Shown here in pieces: positions 19,051 through 22,485 of a DNA stretch of 22,485 bases. Source of the DNA: Fidelibacterota bacterium. Its GTDB lineage: Bacteria; Fidelibacterota; Marinisomatia; Marinisomatales; S15-B10. A model generated the notes under the pieces. That model saw only the letters and a program-made list of their open reading frames with translations, was not told the DNA's origin and ran no database searches. The stretch is from assembly GCA_046861655.1 (NCBI GenBank), contig JBHIAI010000016.1:1-22485 (forward strand), written 5' to 3'. Both the position numbers and the translations under genes were made by a program. Numbering within the stretch: position 1 is the first letter of the stretch; each line of letters starts with the position of its first letter.

Positions 19051-19916
19051 TAGTGGGTTCGTTTGTGGTATTCCAGGGAGTTGTAGTTGGGCTCTTTGTT
19101 CGGTCTGCGAACCCGTCGACTCCGGGGGATATCGTCCGGGGCCAATGCCTCTTTCTCCCAGTCCTCAGGCATATCTTCAACGGAGTTCTTTCTGGAAGAA
19201 GACCGCTTCAACTTCGACTCATCGAAGGAAAAATCTGCGGGATTGAATTGACTAAAGAGAGCCCCGTAGCCCTTTGTGATGCCGTTTCCGACTCCCAGGA
19301 AATTCGGAAGGACAAAATTGGTGCGGAATTCTCCTTGAAAGGCTCCCATCTGACCGTCATCCACCATTTTGGGATTAAGCGTATCCAGGTTGAGCCTTGA
19401 ATAGATTTTTGTGTTCAGGTCCAGTCCCATTTCTTTCGCCAGAAAAACAATGTTCTGGCTCAACAGCCGGCCCAAGAACTTTACCCTCTCATCCCCGTAC
19501 ATGTATCGGTACTTGCCCAGGTTGGTGTCGTTCAAGGCGATCCATGGGGTGAGAAAAGTATACCGGATCAATCGACTTGCGGGCGAGAACCGGTTGTCCA
19601 CCACTTCCACGTCCACACCATCCACCTCGAAAGTAATATTTCCGAAATTCATGATCTTAATCTTCTGGGCGACAGACTGGATGGGCTCCACCCCCTCCTT
19701 GATGCCCACAAAATAGATCTGTTCGTTTAAGATCTTTACCTGAACCCTGGGGTACAGAAACCGTTCGCGGTAACTGCCGTCGATCAGGGGGACGATGGGT
19801 TCGTCCTGGAAGTCCCGCATGATGACCCCCTTTACCTGGTAGGGTGTCTTTCGAACAGGCTTGTCGGTTCCGATGCGGGCAACGATGGACTTAATGGGGT
19901 GGGAATTCTTGGACAT
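19050..19916 (-). CDS. Cas6-like RAMP-fold protein (orphan, not CRISPR-associated in this window) with a charged C-terminal tail
   Basis: 288 aa. Residues 208-218, GVGNGITKGYG (DNA 19263-19295), fit the Cas6 glycine-rich loop GhGxxxxxGhG exactly and sit at the expected position. The preceding GAFQGEFRTNFVLP and IRYTFLTPW resemble Cas6 strands. Residues ~222-288 are charged and low-complexity. The assignment is by eye, not by profile search. Confidence 0.55.
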   Translation of the reverse strand: MSKNSHPIKSIVARIGTDKPVRKTPYQVKGVIMRDFQDEPIVPLIDGSYRERFLYPRVQVKILNEQIYFVGIKEGVEPIQSVAQKIKIMNFGNITFEVDGVDVEVVDNRFSPASRLIRYTFLTPWIALNDTNLGKYRYMYGDERVKFLGRLLSQNIVFLAKEMGLDLNTKIYSRLNLDTLNPKMVDDGQMGAFQGEFRTNFVLPNFLGVGNGITKGYGALFSQFNPADFSFDESKLKRSSSRKNSVEDMPEDWEKEALAPDDIPRSRRVRRPNKEPNYNSLEYHKRTH

Positions 19917-19948
19917 GAAAGGGCAGCCGGCCTAGGAAATCGCTACCA

Positions 19949-21196
19949 TTACTGGCTCATGGTGTCCAGGAACTCTTGGTTAGCACTGGTCCGCTTCATG
20001 CGGTCCAGGAGAAACTCCATAGCCTCAATGGGAGTCATCTCGTTAAGAATCTTTCTAAGAATCCAGACTCTTGCAAGTTCTTTTTTGGACAGTAGAAGTT
20101 CCTCCTTCCGGGTTCCGGATCGGATGAGATCGAAGGAAGGAAATATCCGCCTGTCGCTCAGGCGCCGGTCGAGGACCAGTTCCATATTGCCCGTCCCTTT
20201 GAACTCTTCGAAAATGACGTCGTCCATACGGCTTCCGGTGTCGATAAGAGCGGTGGCAATGATGGTGAGACTCCCTCCTTCTTCCGTGTTTCTCGCCGAT
20301 CCGAAGAACCGCCGGGGGCGGTGGAGGGCATTGGCGTCAATACCGCCAGAAAGGATCTTTCCGCTGTGGGGGACCACCGCATTGTGAGCTCTGGCCAACC
20401 GGGTGATACTGTCCAGCAAAATCACGACATCGGAGCCGTATTCCACCATTCTCTTGGCTTTCTCCAAAGCCATGTGGGCCACCTGGACATGGCGCTCGGG
20501 CTGTTCGTCAAAGGTCGAACTGATCACCTCTGCCCCAACGTTTCGCTGCATGTCTGTGACCTCTTCGGGGCGCTCGGCAATGAGGAGGACGATGAGTTTG
20601 ATTTCGGGATGATTGGTCGTGGTGGCGTTGGCGATTTTCTGGATTAGAATGGTCTTGCCCGTTTTTGGCTGAGCCACGATAAGGCCCCTCTGACCCTTGC
20701 CGATGGGTGCCATAAGATCGAGAATCCTCATGGAAAAGCCTTTGGGAGATGTTTCCAGGCCGATCTTTTCCGTGGGGTAAAGGGGTGTCAGATTATCGAA
20801 CAGGGTGGTCTGCTTGACTTTAGCCGGAGCCACATTATTGACCGACTCCACCTTCAACAGGGCATAGAAGCGCTCGTTGTCCTTGGGGGGCCGGATCTGT
20901 CCGGAAATGAGATGTCCTGTTCTGAGTCCAAACCGCTTGATCTGGGACGGGGAGATGTAAATGTCGTCGGGTCCCGGAAGATAATTGTAGTTCCGGGACC
21001 TCAGGAAACCGTATCCCTCGGGCATCACTTCCAGTACACCCGTGGAGAACATGCGTCCCTCCTTCTCGGCGCTCGTTTCCAGGATCTTCACGATAAGATC
21101 CTGTTTTTTTAGTCCCGAGTACCCGGGCACCTGAAGCTCCTGAGCGAGCTGGGTAAGCTCCTTGATCTTCAAACCTTGCAGTTCATTAATATCCAT
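19949..21196 (-). CDS. rho: Transcription termination factor Rho
   Basis: 415 aa. N-terminal [35 protein letters not shown]-binding [14 protein letters not shown], Walker A QPKTGKT, plus [11 protein letters not shown] and [26 protein letters not shown]. Confidence 0.97.
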   Translation of the reverse strand: MDINELQGLKIKELTQLAQELQVPGYSGLKKQDLIVKILETSAEKEGRMFSTGVLEVMPEGYGFLRSRNYNYLPGPDDIYISPSQIKRFGLRTGHLISGQIRPPKDNERFYALLKVESVNNVAPAKVKQTTLFDNLTPLYPTEKIGLETSPKGFSMRILDLMAPIGKGQRGLIVAQPKTGKTILIQKIANATTTNHPEIKLIVLLIAERPEEVTDMQRNVGAEVISSTFDEQPERHVQVAHMALEKAKRMVEYGSDVVILLDSITRLARAHNAVVPHSGKILSGGIDANALHRPRRFFGSARNTEEGGSLTIIATALIDTGSRMDDVIFEEFKGTGNMELVLDRRLSDRRIFPSFDLIRSGTRKEELLLSKKELARVWILRKILNEMTPIEAMEFLLDRMKRTSANQEFLDTMSQ

Positions 21197-21285
21197 AGCG
21201 ATGTACGAGTTTAAGGTGAAAAGTTCTGGATCTGGTGGAAAAACTCTAAACAGACAGCGATTTCGGCGGTCGCAATTAATTTAGA

Positions 21286-22485
21286 CTAATTCATTTCTTT
21301 GTCCAAGGAAAAACCAAATTCATCATAGACGCCCCCGGCAATGTAGTGCGAACCAAAGATCAGCCAGATATCCCGAGAAAGTCTGTCGTCGAACCGACAC
21401 TGGAGGGCATCCGCCAGGCCGGGTGCGGGCTCGGCTGTGACCCCCCACCGGGTGAGCTCATCTGCCAGGACCCGCGGCGGGAAGAAATCCGGCTCATCCG
21501 GAACGGTGGTGATGACGTGAATGTCATGTTCCTGAAGCAATCTGGCCATGGGTTCTACGGTCTTTGTCCGCTTAAGGGCACAAACAGCGCCCACGCTTTT
21601 TCCCGGAAAAAGTTCCCCCAAGGTGGTAATCACGGCCTGTAACCCATGAGGATTATGAGCCACATCGTAGTACACGGGGGGATTGATGGAAAGCTTCTGA
21701 AGTCTGCCTGGCCACCTCACCTTCTTAAGTCCCCTTCGGAAATGCCCATACCCGGATCCGGGGTCGAAAACCCGGCAGGTGGCAACAGCCGTCTGGGCAT
21801 TGATCACCTGGTGTCGGCCTGGGAGGGGAAGGTCCACATCTGTGTTCCCGAGACGGAACCGGGTGAAATCGGTGTGCAGACTGATCCTGGTTGCCGGACA
21901 GAGATCCTTCGATCTGAAAGACCGGGTCCGGGTCTTTTTCACCATCTGGGTGATGACCTCCTCGACCGCAGTGTGCTGGGGAGCGACCACCACCGGCACC
22001 CCCTGTTTGAGAATACCGCATTTTTCCCGGGCGATGGAGGGAAGGTCGTGTCCCAGGAATTCCATGTGATCGTAGTCGATGGGAGTCAACACGGACACTA
22101 CCGGGCGCACCACATTGCTCGAATCCAATCGCCCCCCGAGGCCTACTTCCACCACGGCAACATCTACCTTTTCCTCCGAAAAATGGGTAAACGAAAGGGC
22201 CGTAGTGGTTTCGAAAAAGGTAGATCCCAACAGATCAATATCCCTGCGGTGGGATTCAAGAAAGGACTGGATGGAATGATCTGGGATGGTTACGCCGTCG
22301 ACCCGGATACGTTCATTGAAAGTCATCAGGTGAGGCGAGGTATACAGGCCCACCTTCCTGCCCGTCTCCCGGAGAATGGAACAGATCATGGCGGCGGTGG
22401 AACCCTTTCCGTTGGTGCCGGCAATATGTATGACCGGAAGATGTTTGTGGGGGTCCCCGCATCGGCGAAGGAGAGCCCGGGTCCG
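21286..22485 (-). CDS. folC: Folylpolyglutamate synthase / dihydrofolate synthase (Mur-ligase family); the 5' end lies beyond the right window edge
   Basis: The frame stays open upstream of the track Met at 22389 as far as the window edge. It reads ...HIAGTNGKGSTAAMICSIL (P-loop GTNGKGS), followed by VVEVGLGGRLDSSNV and LTPIDYDHMEFLG. Confidence 0.85.
   Translation of the reverse strand, partial: RTRALLRRCGDPHKHLPVIHIAGTNGKGSTAAMICSILRETGRKVGLYTSPHLMTFNERIRVDGVTIPDHSIQSFLESHRRDIDLLGSTFFETTTALSFTHFSEEKVDVAVVEVGLGGRLDSSNVVRPVVSVLTPIDYDHMEFLGHDLPSIAREKCGILKQGVPVVVAPQHTAVEEVITQMVKKTRTRSFRSKDLCPATRISLHTDFTRFRLGNTDVDLPLPGRHQVINAQTAVATCRVFDPGSGYGHFRRGLKKVRWPGRLQKLSINPPVYYDVAHNPHGLQAVITTLGELFPGKSVGAVCALKRTKTVEPMARLLQEHDIHVITTVPDEPDFFPPRVLADELTRWGVTAEPAPGLADALQCRFDDRLSRDIWLIFGSHYIAGGVYDEFGFSLDKEMN

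Noticed and set aside
15760-19400. Plus-strand ORFs 15760-16581 (273 aa), 16578-17153 (191 aa) and 18588-19400 (270 aa)
   Set aside because: All three are codon-aligned antisense shadows of well-supported minus-strand genes (prmC, prfA, the aminotransferase and the Cas6-like gene). They have no independent start signals or motifs.

Overview
This is a densely coding, mid-GC bacterial chromosomal window made up mostly of housekeeping genes. I saw no rRNA, tRNA, CRISPR array, transposase or integrase. The left 5.4 kb on the minus strand is a four-gene surface-polysaccharide operon: flippase, GT4 glycosyltransferase, flippase, then a deacetylase-domain protein. That last ORF runs off the left edge and is missing from the supplied ORF track. 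Every junction in this operon is an ATGA stop/start overlap. Diverging from it on the plus strand are eno, ftsB and an amidinotransferase/DDAH-like gene, which are also overlap-coupled. From 22485 down to 7993 everything is on the minus strand, in this order: folC (5' partial), rho, an orphan Cas6-like RAMP protein, aspartate aminotransferase, rpmE, prfA, prmC, a UbiA-family prenyltransferase, a 281-bp palindromic element bounded by terminal inverted repeats, dnaE, dtd, motA, a 115-bp inverted-repeat element, motB, an exported SH3b/beta-sandwich protein, and an 83-aa protein with a strong Shine-Dalgarno (SD) site. Four things deserve a second look. (1) The Cas6-like protein carries an exact GhGxxxxxGhG loop but sits between rho and translation genes with no CRISPR context. 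(2) A perfect 20-nt GC-rich palindrome starts at that gene's stop codon. (3) Two unrelated palindromic, MITE-like inserts sit exactly at the two cistron junctions that are not tightly coupled (prenyltransferase/dnaE and motA/motB). (4) The MotAB stator module has an exported partner and no flagellar neighbours. All functional calls come from reading the translations by eye; no database search was possible.
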